A stretch of 64,000 nt of DNA, taken from Candidatus Sericytochromatia bacterium. GTDB lineage: Bacteria; Cyanobacteriota; Sericytochromatia; S15B-MN24; JAQBPE01. A program made the translations under genes and the position numbers. The notes below the pieces were generated by a model. That model searched no databases. It was not told where the DNA came from and saw nothing but the letters and a program-made list of their open reading frames with translations. This document shows positions 1 to 9,144 of this stretch, piece after piece. Position 1 is the first letter of the stretch; every line of letters begins with the position of its first letter. The DNA is taken from NCBI GenBank assembly GCA_035285125.1, contig JAYKHR010000045.1:64001-128000 (forward strand). The letters run 5' to 3'.

Positions 1-2
1 CG

Positions 3-488
3 GTGGAGGTGGACACCAAGATCGACCTCGGCGGCGGCATCAAGAACCTCGTCGGCGGCGAGAGCCTGTTCTTCCTGAAGGTCTCGGGGCGCGGCCCCGT
101 GTTCCTGACCTCCTTCGGCGCCATCCACGAGAAAAAGCTGCAGCCCGGCGAGCGCTACACCGTCGACTCGGGGCACCTCGTGGCCTACGAGGAGGGCATG
201 GCGATGGACGTCGGGATGGCCTCCGAGCAGGGCGGCTTCCTGAAGCGCGGCCTCAACTCCGTGACGACGGGCGAGGGCCTGGTCATGAAGTTCACGGGCC
301 CGGGCACCGTCTGGCTGCAGACGCGCAACCCGGAGGCCTTCTCGAACTGGGTGTACAGCCTGCTGCCGAAGCCGCAGGGCGCGGCGGCCGCGGCCCCCAC
401 GAGCCCCGAGGCCGCCGTGGGCGGGGCGCTGCTCGGTGGGGCAGGGGCGCTGCTCGGCGGCATGTTCGGCGGCGACGACGAGGGCTGA
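3..488 (+). CDS. AIM24/TIGR00266 family protein, 5' truncated by window edge
   Basis: Motifs GGESLFF, G.G.VFL.SFGAI, VDSGHLVA, TGEGLV..FTGPG.VWLQTRN typical of AIM24 (TRAP-like) proteins. Confidence 0.85.
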   Translation: MEVDTKIDLGGGIKNLVGGESLFFLKVSGRGPVFLTSFGAIHEKKLQPGERYTVDSGHLVAYEEGMAMDVGMASEQGGFLKRGLNSVTTGEGLVMKFTGPGTVWLQTRNPEAFSNWVYSLLPKPQGAAAAAPTSPEAAVGGALLGGAGALLGGMFGGDDEG

Positions 489-499
489 GCCCCACGGCC

Positions 500-694
500 A
501 TGCGCTGGAAGCTCGACGCCCTGATCGAAACTCGGTTCGAGGGCCCGGATGACGAGGTCCGGGCCCGCAAGATCGTGCAGGCAGAGCTCTGGCGCCTGAT
601 CGAGGGCCTGGAGGCGGCGCTGGGCAACCAGCTCGGCACGTCCGTCACGGTGCTCGCCTGCGAGCCCCTCGCCGACGAGGCCGAGGGCGGCTGA
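500..694 (+). CDS. small hypothetical protein (64 aa)
   Basis: ATG 11 nt after the AIM24 stop, GC3-rich codon usage, ends just before the convergent S8 gene. Confidence 0.6.
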   Translation: MRWKLDALIETRFEGPDDEVRARKIVQAELWRLIEGLEAALGNQLGTSVTVLACEPLADEAEGG

Positions 695-698
695 CGCC

Positions 699-1913
699 TC
701 AGCGGGCCGTGGGCGCCAGGGCGCGGCGGGCGTTGATGCGGCCGTGGCCGAAGCGCGGATCGAAGCCCGGCTCGCCGAGGTCGTCGGCCGTCGCCTCGAG
801 GTGCGCCTTGATCCGGGCGGCCGGCCAGTCGGGGTGCTGGGCCTTCACGAGGGCCGCCAGGCCCGCCACGTGCGGGGCCGCCATGGAGGTGCCTGACACG
901 GCCTCGTACTTGCCGTACAGCACAGTGGAAAGGACGCGGTGGCCCGGCGCCACCACGGAGAGGTGGGGCCCCTCGTTCGAGAAGCCCGCCTTGGTGTCGT
1001 CGGCCTTCGTGGCGCCCACGGCCAGCACGCCCGGGTAGGCGGCCGGGTAGGAGGGCGCGTCCGTGGCCTCGTTGCCCATCGCGGCGACCACGAGCACGCC
1101 GGCCTTCACGGCGTAGGCGACGGCCTGCTTGAGCGTGTAGGAGGCGTTGGGCGCGCCGAGGCTGAGGTTCATGATCGGCACGCCCGCCTGGGCCGCGTAC
1201 ACGATGCCGTCGGCGATGTTCGCCCAGGTGCCCTCGCCGACCTGGTCCATCACCTTCACGGCCAGCAGGCGCACGCCGGGTGCCACGCCCGCGATGCCGT
1301 GGCCGTCGTCGAGGCCGGCGCCGATGATGCCCGCGCAGTGGGTGCCGTGCATCATGTCGTCCCGCGCATCGTAGTCGCGGTTGATGAAGTCGAATCCCGG
1401 GTCCACACGGTCGCCGAACTCGGGGTGCTTGTAGTAGATGCCCGTGTCGACCACGGCGACGGTGACCTTCGGGCTCCCCGTCGTCACGGCCCAGGCGCCC
1501 GACGCCTCGATGCGCGGCAGGGCCCACTGCTGCTCCAGCAGCGGGTCGCCACCCGTGGCCGAGCCCAGCGGCAGGCGAGGGGCCTCGCGCGTCAGCGGCG
1601 GCAGCTTCACCACGCCGTTCGGCTCGACCCACCGCACGGCAGGGTCCTGCCGAAGGGCCGCCACGGCGGCGTCGCGGTCGGGGGCCGTCATCACCACGGC
1701 CCCCAGGGCCTCCAGGCGCCGCACGGTGCGGGCGCCGAGGCGCTGCGTCAGGGCCTGAGGCTGCCGCCCCGGGTGCAGCCCGACGATCAGCTCCTGGGCA
1801 GCCCGGGCGGCGGCTTGCGAGCCGCCCGTCACCCGCTCGAGCCCGCCAGGGAGCGGGGCCTGGGTGGTGCAGGCGGTGAGCAGGCCGGTAAGGAGGGGCA
1901 GGAGGCGGCGCAT
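699..1913 (-). CDS. S8 (subtilisin/thermitase-like) serine peptidase, lipoprotein
   Basis: Start MRRLLPLLTGLLTAC (lipobox); triad motifs VAVVDTG, HGTHCAG, SGTSMAAPHVAG; I9-like propeptide. Confidence 0.92.
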   Translation of the reverse strand: MRRLLPLLTGLLTACTTQAPLPGGLERVTGGSQAAARAAQELIVGLHPGRQPQALTQRLGARTVRRLEALGAVVMTAPDRDAAVAALRQDPAVRWVEPNGVVKLPPLTREAPRLPLGSATGGDPLLEQQWALPRIEASGAWAVTTGSPKVTVAVVDTGIYYKHPEFGDRVDPGFDFINRDYDARDDMMHGTHCAGIIGAGLDDGHGIAGVAPGVRLLAVKVMDQVGEGTWANIADGIVYAAQAGVPIMNLSLGAPNASYTLKQAVAYAVKAGVLVVAAMGNEATDAPSYPAAYPGVLAVGATKADDTKAGFSNEGPHLSVVAPGHRVLSTVLYGKYEAVSGTSMAAPHVAGLAALVKAQHPDWPAARIKAHLEATADDLGEPGFDPRFGHGRINARRALAPTAR

Positions 1914-1926
1914 CGGCAGGACCTTG

Positions 1927-1952
1927 TTAAAATAAGAATAAAACCAGGTTAA
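1927..1952. promoter_or_regulatory. TTAA-N7-ATAA-N7-TTAA array upstream of S8 peptidase
   Basis: Three half-sites at 11-bp period in an AT-rich patch just upstream of the start codon. Confidence 0.5.
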
Positions 1953-1982
1953 AAATACCACCTGGTTGCAGCCCGGAGCAAG

Positions 1983-2015
1983 CGGACCCCTGCTCCCGTT
2001 GGGAGCAGGGGTCCG
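1983..2015. terminator. perfect 15-bp hairpin (possible terminator or stabilising stem)
   Basis: cggacccctgctccc-gtt-gggagcaggggtccg; no U-tract. Confidence 0.45.
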
Positions 2016-2188
2016 TGAGGCCGTCGGGGCAGGGGGCCCGGGAACCCTGGCCCGGACGGTCCTGGGGCCTGGGGCCCGCCCCGTGTGGCGGGCAACTGGA
2101 GGGTGATGGGGGGCCACCCGCGAACCCGGCCAGGGCGACGGCCACGTCAAGGCAAAGCCGGCGACCCGACCTCGCGCGGTCGCGTCCG

Positions 2189-2632
2189 TCACTCCCCGCG
2201 AGCCATCGGGTGGTAGGGGTGGGTCGGATACGGCGGATAGGGCGGGTAGGTGGGGTAGGTCGGGTACCCCGGGTGGTAGCCGTATCCCGGATCGAAGAAC
2301 GACCGCAGGCCGCGGCCGACGGCGGCCAGCGCCTCCCACGCGAGGCCCACGACGCCGACGGCGACCTCCCAGCCGAACCGCAGCGGCACCATCGCCACGC
2401 AGGCGGTCCACGACACCACCTCCCACAGGCCGCGCCCGATCTGGGCCAAGCCGTTGCCCAGGCTGGGCTGGTAGGGGTAGTACGGGTAGGTCGGGTAGCC
2501 GGGGTAGCCATGCGCCGCGGTGGCGACAACGGCCCGGGGGGCAGCCCCCCCGGCGGGTTGGGCGACGGGCAGCGGAGCCCCCCGGCGACGCGCGGGGAGG
2601 GGAATGGGCGACAGGGCGTTGATGGGCGACAC
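2189..2632 (-). CDS. Tyr/Pro/Gly-rich low-complexity hypothetical protein with central hydrophobic segment
   Basis: GTG start with GAGGTG SD; GYPGYPTYPYYP and GYPTYPTYPPYPPYP tracts flank a hydrophobic/amphipathic core. Confidence 0.7.
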   Translation of the reverse strand: MSPINALSPIPLPARRRGAPLPVAQPAGGAAPRAVVATAAHGYPGYPTYPYYPYQPSLGNGLAQIGRGLWEVVSWTACVAMVPLRFGWEVAVGVVGLAWEALAAVGRGLRSFFDPGYGYHPGYPTYPTYPPYPPYPTHPYHPMARGE

Positions 2633-2716
2633 GGGGACACCTCGGACTGACGGAGCAGGACAGGGTCGAGGTCGGCCTCGCCGCCAACGGCCCACCAACA
2701 GGCCCGGCTATAGTCA

Positions 2717-2731
2717 TTAAGGTCCTCTTAA
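2717..2731. promoter_or_regulatory. TTAA-N7-TTAA site in divergent intergenic region
   Basis: TTAAggtcctcTTAA; further degenerate half-sites at 2766-2802. Confidence 0.55.
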
Positions 2732-2860
2732 ATTGTCCTTTCCTCCGTCCGCCGGCGTCAGATCATTAATCAAGTCTTTAACTTCAGTGAACCTCTTGTG
2801 AACCAGGTGAGGGCCCTGGGTGGCGACAACTCCTGCGTGACGCGATGAGAGGTTGCTGCG

Positions 2861-3400
2861 ATGCCCACCCCCACCACCACCCCCTCCCCCTTCTACAAGA
2901 GCCTGGTGCAGGCGCTGCTTCCCACGCAGCAGACCACCAAGGTGACGGCCGCCGAGACCGAGACGGCCACGCGCTGGGAGGTCCAGCAGGGCGCAGCCAA
3001 GGCCGTGACCCAGCAAAACAGGCTGACGGGGCTCGAGACCGAGACCCGCACCCGGTGGGAGGCCTTCGCCGTGCAGCACGGCGGGCTCGGCTTCGACGAA
3101 TTCGTGCGCGGCTCGACCGTCGTGCCCGGCGGCGTGAAGGCCGCGCAGCCGGTGGTGGCAACGCCCTACCAGGGTGCCCGGGCCGTCACCCAGAAGACCG
3201 TCGTGACCCAGGCCGAGACCCTCAGCGAGACGAAGTGGAAGGTCGAGGGCCAGCAGGGCCAGGAGGCCTACACCCCCGTCGAGCAGCGGACGCGGCTGGA
3301 GAACTTCGACACGAAGACCCGCACGCGCTGGGTGTTCGACCAGAAGGCTGACATCAAGCTGTTGCAGGACCTGGCGGACAAGCTGCCCGTCACGCCCTGA
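2861..3400 (+). CDS. hypothetical Thr/Gln-rich protein with four (E/D)TxxxT(R/K)W repeats
   Basis: GAGAGG SD, ATG, strong GC3 bias; repeats ETETATRW, ETETRTRW, ETLSETKW, DTKTRTRW. Confidence 0.75.
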   Translation: MPTPTTTPSPFYKSLVQALLPTQQTTKVTAAETETATRWEVQQGAAKAVTQQNRLTGLETETRTRWEAFAVQHGGLGFDEFVRGSTVVPGGVKAAQPVVATPYQGARAVTQKTVVTQAETLSETKWKVEGQQGQEAYTPVEQRTRLENFDTKTRTRWVFDQKADIKLLQDLADKLPVTP

Positions 3401-3411
3401 GCGTCGCCCGC

Positions 3412-4578
3412 TCAGCGCGGCGACGAGAGCCAGCGCCCGAGCAACTGGCGCTCCGCGTCAGTCATGCCCGTGGCGTTGCCGGGCGGCATGGCGCGGGCGC
3501 GCACCGCCTGGCTCAAGATGCGATCCCCGGCGCGCTGGGCCCCTTCGAGCGTGTCGAGGGCCACGCCCCTGGGGGGCGCCGGCTGGCCTGGCCGCTGGGC
3601 GTGGCAGCTGACGCAGTGGCGCTGCAGGACCGGGGCGACCTCGGCCCAGACCACCGGCTGGCCTCCGGTTACCACAGGGGCCGGCCGCGTGATCGCCCAG
3701 ATCAGCCCGAAGCCGACCACCAAGGTCGCCGCCAGGGCTGGCCGCCAGGCCGGCCACGTGAAGCGGACATTCATGACGTGCCGCACGCCCGCCCCCGTGA
3801 GCATGACCACCACCAGCACGAGCCACGCGTGAGGCCCGCTGTAGGTGCTCGGGTAGTGGCCCGAGAGCATCGTGAACAGCACCGGGAAGGTCATGTAGTT
3901 GTTGTGGATGGAGCGGGTCTTGGCCGCCTTCCCGAGCGCGGCCTCCTGGCGCTTGCCGGCCTGCGTGAGTCTCACGAGCTCCCGCTGCGACGGCAAGATG
4001 TGCTGCCACACGTTGGAGACCATCAAGGTGCCCAGGATGGCGCCCATGTGCAGGAAGGCAGCCTGGCCGTTGAACAGGTGGGTGAGGGCCCAGGCCAGCC
4101 CGACCAGGGCCAGCCCGGACACCCCGGCAGCCAGCGCCGGGCGCTTGCCCAGGGGCGATCGCCAGAGCACGTCGTAGCACGCCCAGCTGCCCACCAGCAG
4201 GGCGACGCTCAGGCCGACGGCCTGCACCTGCGTCATGTCGGCGAGCTGGGCGTCGACGAGCGCCGCCTTGCCCCCGAGGTAGTAGACGACCACGAGCAGC
4301 AGGATGCCCGACACCCAGGTGGTGGTGGCCTGCAGCCAGAACCAGTGCAGCCGCGCGGGCATCTGGTGAGGCTCCAGCTGGCGCTTGCGCATCTCGTAGA
4401 AGCCACCGCTGTGGACCATCCAGATGGTCCCTTCCTCGAGCGGGCGGTCCGCCGGGGGCGGCTCGAGGTTCCGATCGAGCCAGTTCCAGAGCATCGAGTT
4501 GCCCACCCACATGATGCCGGCGATCAGGTGGACCCAGCGCACGACGAGGTCGAGGAGCTCGCGGAGGTGGGCGTCCAT
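3412..4578 (-). CDS. puuD: urate hydroxylase PuuD (membrane domain plus C-terminal cytochrome c)
   Basis: RWVHLIAGIMWVGNS, WMVHSGGFY, LHWFW, RSIHNNYMTFPVLF.M.S.HY, C-terminal CVSCH and MPPGNATGMT. Confidence 0.9.
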   Translation of the reverse strand: MDAHLRELLDLVVRWVHLIAGIMWVGNSMLWNWLDRNLEPPPADRPLEEGTIWMVHSGGFYEMRKRQLEPHQMPARLHWFWLQATTTWVSGILLLVVVYYLGGKAALVDAQLADMTQVQAVGLSVALLVGSWACYDVLWRSPLGKRPALAAGVSGLALVGLAWALTHLFNGQAAFLHMGAILGTLMVSNVWQHILPSQRELVRLTQAGKRQEAALGKAAKTRSIHNNYMTFPVLFTMLSGHYPSTYSGPHAWLVLVVVMLTGAGVRHVMNVRFTWPAWRPALAATLVVGFGLIWAITRPAPVVTGGQPVVWAEVAPVLQRHCVSCHAQRPGQPAPPRGVALDTLEGAQRAGDRILSQAVRARAMPPGNATGMTDAERQLLGRWLSSPR

Positions 4579-4717
4579 GGGGGCTCCTTGCGGTCACGCA
4601 GCCTTGCCGGGTCCCAGTATAAGAGCGCGCAGGCGAGCCTACAACACCCCTGGCAACCTTGAGCCAATCACGGCCGCGGGTGGTACATTGGTGCTCACGG
4701 AGGGTCACCTGCGCCAC

Positions 4718-5416
4718 ATGGGGCACCACATCGCCATCATCGAAGACGATCCCGCCATCCGGCGGCTCGTGACCTTCTTGCTCACCAACGAAGGCTTCGA
4801 CACCACGGCCTTCGAGAGCGTGCAGCAGGCGCGCGAGGCGTGGCGAGAAGGCTTCCCTGACATGCTCGTCCTCGACCTGATGCTGCCCGACGAGGACGGC
4901 CTGTCCTTTTGCCGCTCGCTGCGAGAGGCCCCGGAGGCAGGCCACCTGCCCGTGCTGGCCCTCACGGCCCGGGACCAGACCGTCGACAAGTACGAGGCCT
5001 ACAAGGCCGGCTTCGACGGCTACCTCGTGAAGCCCTTCGACCCGCTCGAGTTCGTGTACACCATCCGGGCCTTCCTCCGGCTCGCCAGCCAGCGCGACGA
5101 GGAGACGAAGACCGAGTTTGGCCCCCCTGACTTCCGGGTCTCGCCGGCCCGCTTCACGGTGACGGTGCAGGGCGCGGAGGTGAACCTGACGCGGCTCGAG
5201 ACGGCCCTGCTGTCGCACCTCGTGCAGCGCCCCCGCGAGGTCTACTCGGCAGAGGCCCTCGCCGAGATGGTGCTGTTCGCCCTCAAGGGCCAGGTACGCA
5301 CCGTGGACGCGGTCCACGCCCACATCAGGAACCTGCGGGCAAAGATCGAGCAGGACCCCAAGCAGCCGGTCTGGCTCAAGACCATGGGCCGCCGGGGCTA
5401 CTACTTCGACGCCTGA
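4718..5416 (+). CDS. OmpR/PhoB family response regulator
   Basis: IIEDD, LDLMLP, LTA, DGYLVKPF receiver motifs; winged helix RTVDAVHAHIRNLRAKIE...GRRGY. Confidence 0.92.
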   Translation: MGHHIAIIEDDPAIRRLVTFLLTNEGFDTTAFESVQQAREAWREGFPDMLVLDLMLPDEDGLSFCRSLREAPEAGHLPVLALTARDQTVDKYEAYKAGFDGYLVKPFDPLEFVYTIRAFLRLASQRDEETKTEFGPPDFRVSPARFTVTVQGAEVNLTRLETALLSHLVQRPREVYSAEALAEMVLFALKGQVRTVDAVHAHIRNLRAKIEQDPKQPVWLKTMGRRGYYFDA

Positions 5417-5792
5417 ATAGAATTTCACAATACTTAACCCCGTAAAGATACCGAACGCCCCGCCCGCGTGCCGGGGCGCCGACACCCACCCCAGAACCGG
5501 CGACGGCGGCGTCTCGCGCACCGTTCGGGGCAGCTGAAGCCAGCAAGACGGCAGAACGGTGGCCGGGGAAACCTCGGTTATGGGGGCCTGGTCTCCCACC
5601 TCGCCCCGGGGCGCACGGCCGCTCTACTCAGGCAGGTCCAGGCTGTCACAGTACGCCTCAAGAACCCCTCAAGCTTTGCACCTCCAGGACTTTTCGACCC
5701 CACCCCAGGGCCTGCACCCGGTCACAACAGCGGCGGAAGGCGCTGTAAAAGATGTCAATTCGGGCCTATGTCCTGGTCAGAACCATACGCAT

Positions 5793-5807
5793 TTAAGCCG
5801 ATTTTAA
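5793..5807. promoter_or_regulatory. TTAA-N7-TTAA site upstream of XRE regulator
   Basis: TTAAgccgattTTAA. Confidence 0.55.
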
Positions 5808-5890
5808 ACCGAAAAACATCACTGTGCGGAATGCCGCAAACCCCGCAGGGAACTGTTTTCGGGGGTATTTCTTCCTGCTAAACTTTTGAC

Positions 5891-6382
5891 ATGCCAGCCA
5901 CCAGACAAACCCGCCGCAATGGCAACCCACCCCCGTTCCAGACGCGCTTCGGCGCGCTGCTGCGCCAGTACCGCGAGGAGGCGGGGCTCACGCTCCGCGA
6001 GATGGAGGCCCGCGGGCCGTTCACTTACTCGCACCTGTGCCGCATCGAGCGTGGGGCGCGCAACCCGCCCGACCGCGAGGACGTCATCCGGCTGGCCGCC
6101 GCGCTGGAGGTGGACGCTGATGAGCTGCTGGTCGCCGCCGGCTACCTGCCCGTCACGGCGCCACCCCCGCCCGCCATCCCCTCCCCACAGCACGGCCGGC
6201 ACCCGGCCACCCCGGAGGAGCGTCGCCTGGTCGATGAGGCCAACGCACGCCGCATCTTCGCGAGCTTTCTGTCGGACCCCGCGTTCTGGGAGCAGACGGC
6301 CGACGAGCGCCGCTCCACCTTCCGCTACCTGGACGGCCTGCTGGAGGAGGCGCGCCGCTTCTCGCTGCGCAAGGCGAAGTAG
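5891..6382 (+). CDS. XRE family HTH transcriptional regulator
   Basis: FGALLRQYREEAGLTLREM...YSHLCRIERGARNPP...LAAALEV..DELLVAAGY. Confidence 0.88.
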   Translation: MPATRQTRRNGNPPPFQTRFGALLRQYREEAGLTLREMEARGPFTYSHLCRIERGARNPPDREDVIRLAAALEVDADELLVAAGYLPVTAPPPPAIPSPQHGRHPATPEERRLVDEANARRIFASFLSDPAFWEQTADERRSTFRYLDGLLEEARRFSLRKAK

Positions 6383-6404
6383 CCCCGCTGTTTGTCGTTC
6401 GCTG

Positions 6405-6434
6405 AACGCCGCCCGTCTCGCGGGCGGCGTTTTT
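6405..6434 (+). terminator. rho-independent terminator
   Basis: aacgccgcccg-tctcg-cgggcggcgtt followed by T run after the XRE gene. Confidence 0.75.
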
Positions 6435-6542
6435 GCGCGGGGCCCCGACGCTCGGCGCCCCGTGGGGCCGGGTCGGCGGTTGCCCGCACAGCTCCCGTCC
6501 TGTATATTCCCTGTACAAGTTCAGTGACGACAGGAGGTCACG

Positions 6543-7550
6543 GTGGGCCAGCCCAAGTCCCGCATCGCCATCGTCGGCGGCGGCCTCTCCGGACTCTCGT
6601 GCGCCCAGCGCCTGCAGGCGGCAGGGCACGCCGTCGAGGTCTTCGACAAGGGTCGCGGCCCGGGCGGGCGCATCTGCACCCGGCACGACGCGGAGGCCGG
6701 TGACTTCGACCACGGGGCACAGTTCGTCACCACCCGCGAGCCCGAGTTCGAGGCCTGGGTCAGCGAGCTGGTGCTGCAGGGGCACGCCGTGCAGGCAACG
6801 TGGCGGTTGCGGCGGCCGGGCCGGGTGGCCGGGGCGCCCGCTCGCTTTGTGGGGACGCCTGGCATGAGCGCGCTGCCGGCGGCCCTGGCCGTGGGGCTGA
6901 CCGTCCACCGTCGCGCGCGCGTCACGGCGCTGGACCGGCAGACGGGGGGCTGGTGGCTGCAGCTGGACGACCAGGCCAGGGTCGGCCCGTTCGAGGCCGT
7001 CGTCGTCGCCATCCCCGCCCCGCAGGCCGTGGAGCTGCTCACCCCCGTCGCCCCGGCGCTGGCCGCGCGGGCCGGGGACGCTGAGATGGCCCCGTGCTGG
7101 GCGCTCATGGCCGCGTGGGACGAGGGGTTGGGGCTGGCGTCCGACGCCTGGGAGCCTGACCACGGCGTGCTCGCGTGGGCGGCACGCGAGGGTGCCAAGG
7201 CGGGGCGAAAGCCCGGGGAGCGCTGGGTGCTGCACGCCACGGCGGCCTGGTCCGTGGCCCACCTGGAGGACCAACCAGACGGCGTCGAGGCAGCCTTGCT
7301 GGATGCCCTGGCCGAGGTCGCGGGGCAGCCGCTGCCAGCGCCCTCCCACGTCCGCACCCACCGCTGGCGCCACGCGCGCGTGACCCGGCCGCTCGGGGTG
7401 GACGGGCTGATGGCGCCCGACCTCGGGCTTGCGGCTTGTGGCGACTGGTGCCTGGGCTCGCGCGTGGAGGATGCCTGGCTGTCGGGTTGGCGCACGGCGC
7501 AGCTCGTGCACGAGGCCCTGCTGCCGGCGCCGGCCCGGCGGGTCGGCTGA
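6543..7550 (+). CDS. renalase-like NAD(P)/FAD-dependent oxidoreductase
   Basis: GGGLSGL dinucleotide fold, FDKGRGPGGR, FDHGAQF, HRWRHA, CGDWCLG.RVEDAWLSG; GGAGG SD. Confidence 0.9.
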   Translation: MGQPKSRIAIVGGGLSGLSCAQRLQAAGHAVEVFDKGRGPGGRICTRHDAEAGDFDHGAQFVTTREPEFEAWVSELVLQGHAVQATWRLRRPGRVAGAPARFVGTPGMSALPAALAVGLTVHRRARVTALDRQTGGWWLQLDDQARVGPFEAVVVAIPAPQAVELLTPVAPALAARAGDAEMAPCWALMAAWDEGLGLASDAWEPDHGVLAWAAREGAKAGRKPGERWVLHATAAWSVAHLEDQPDGVEAALLDALAEVAGQPLPAPSHVRTHRWRHARVTRPLGVDGLMAPDLGLAACGDWCLGSRVEDAWLSGWRTAQLVHEALLPAPARRVG

Positions 7551-8764
7551 TGCAGCTGCCGCTGTTCGAGGCGTTGGCCCCCACGGACGAGGCCTGGCGG
7601 CAGCGCCTCTCGCGGGTGGACCCCATCGCCTACGCCCGCACGCGGAATGCGCTGGAAGGCCGGGTGACGGGCCTGTCACCCTGGATCACCCACGGCTTCG
7701 TCACACCGGGGCAGGTGCTGGCCGACCTGGGCCGGCGCCACGCGCTCACGGCGGAAGACAAGCTGGTCATGGAGCTCGGCTGGCGGGAGTACTGGCACCA
7801 CGTCTGGCGCCACCTGGGGGAGGGCATCTTCGCGGACGTCCGGCGCCCGGTGTACCCGGGGCGCTACGCGCAGGCGGTGCCGATTGACGTCCTGGAGGCG
7901 CGCTGCGGCGTCCCGGCCATCGACGAGGCCGTGCGGACGCTGCACGACACGGGCACGCTCCACAACCACGCCAGGATGTGGGTCGCCTCGTACCTCACGC
8001 ACCAACGGAAGGTCCACTGGGCCGCGTCGGCAGCCTGGATGTACGGGCACCTGCTGGATGGCGACCTCGCCAGCAACGCGTTGAGCTGGCAGTGGGTCGC
8101 CGGCACCTTCTCCCACAAGCCCTACCTGTTCAACGCGGCCAACGTCGCGCGCTACGCGCCGCGAGCGTGGCACAGCCCGGGCAGCGCGATCGACGCCAGC
8201 TACGAGGCGCTTGGCGAGGTGGCGGTTGCAGGCCCCGACGTCGGGCCCGAGCCGGGGGAGCGGGTCGGCACCCCTGCGCCGACCCTGCACCGCGAGCCCC
8301 CAGCGGCCTGCCTGGTGGCCGTCGGTCGGGACACCGGGGGGGGCTGGTGGGCGGCCGCAGGCGCGGCCGGGCCTCCGGCAGCCGGCGAGGCCTGCCGCCT
8401 GGTGCACCCGTGGGACCTCGCCGCACCAGGCGACCGGGCCGTGCGCCGCGTGGGGCTGGTGCACCTGCCGTTCCACGCCCGCTTCCCCTGGAGCGAGCGG
8501 CGCTGGCGCTTCGTGCTGGCGCGCCTGGCGGCGACGTGCGACGCCGTGTGGCTCGGGGATGCCACGGCCTTCCCCTTGGCCGGCGCCCACCTGGCCACAG
8601 CGACGCTGAACCCCGGCTACGCGGAGGCGCTGCCGCGCCTCGCAACTTGCGCCCCGGCGCCCCGCTTCACGCCCGACCCGGCCCGCCTCGCGCCGTCCTT
8701 CAGCCAGTTCTGGGCCGCCGTGCGCGGGGGCCTCGAGCTCGGGGAGGCAGGCGCTCCCCGCTGA
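7550..8764 (+). CDS. DNA photolyase/cryptochrome FAD-binding domain protein (short form)
   Basis: TGATG overlap with upstream gene; YARTRN, LSPWITHG, ELGWREYW, LHNHARMW, LLDGD.ASN.LSWQWVAGT. Confidence 0.88.
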   Translation: MQLPLFEALAPTDEAWRQRLSRVDPIAYARTRNALEGRVTGLSPWITHGFVTPGQVLADLGRRHALTAEDKLVMELGWREYWHHVWRHLGEGIFADVRRPVYPGRYAQAVPIDVLEARCGVPAIDEAVRTLHDTGTLHNHARMWVASYLTHQRKVHWAASAAWMYGHLLDGDLASNALSWQWVAGTFSHKPYLFNAANVARYAPRAWHSPGSAIDASYEALGEVAVAGPDVGPEPGERVGTPAPTLHREPPAACLVAVGRDTGGGWWAAAGAAGPPAAGEACRLVHPWDLAAPGDRAVRRVGLVHLPFHARFPWSERRWRFVLARLAATCDAVWLGDATAFPLAGAHLATATLNPGYAEALPRLATCAPAPRFTPDPARLAPSFSQFWAAVRGGLELGEAGAPR

Positions 8765-8773
8765 GCGCCGGCG

Positions 8774-9139
8774 TCAGGACTCGGCCTCCTGCAGCACGGT
8801 GGCCCCACCGGCGTCCTGCGCCGCGGGCTCTGCGTCCTGAAGAACGGGCATGGCATGGGCTGACACGGCCTCGAGCATGGCGGCCATGTGGGCCCGCTGC
8901 GCGTCGCTGGCGCCGGGGGTCTGGGCCGGGTCGCGCACGAGGCGCTGCCCGTAGCGCGTGAGGTGGGACAGCACGGCCAGGAAGTCGGCGCGGGTAAAGG
9001 CCTCCTGGCCCCCGAGGCCCAGGGCGTCGATCGAGAGCGCGACCAGATCGGCGCTCTCCGGCGGCGCGAGGGCCGCGATGAGATCCAGGAGGTCCTCGAG
9101 AGGAATGGTCGGTTCCAAGACGGTGCAGCCCCTTTGCAT
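8774..9139 (-). CDS. small acidic helical hypothetical protein
   Basis: ORF immediately downstream of 9145..10353 on the same strand; start uncertain. Confidence 0.6.
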   Translation of the reverse strand: MQRGCTVLEPTIPLEDLLDLIAALAPPESADLVALSIDALGLGGQEAFTRADFLAVLSHLTRYGQRLVRDPAQTPGASDAQRAHMAAMLEAVSAHAMPVLQDAEPAAQDAGGATVLQEAES

Positions 9140-9144
9140 GGCGA

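Noticed and set aside
2140..2190. c-di-GMP-I riboswitch (GGCAAAGCC)
   Set aside because: Remaining GEMM elements not found, and orientation does not fit a downstream gene
1914..2717. N-terminal extension of the S8 ORF to 672 aa
   Set aside because: Extension overlaps another gene and an AT-rich promoter; a lipoprotein signal begins at 1913
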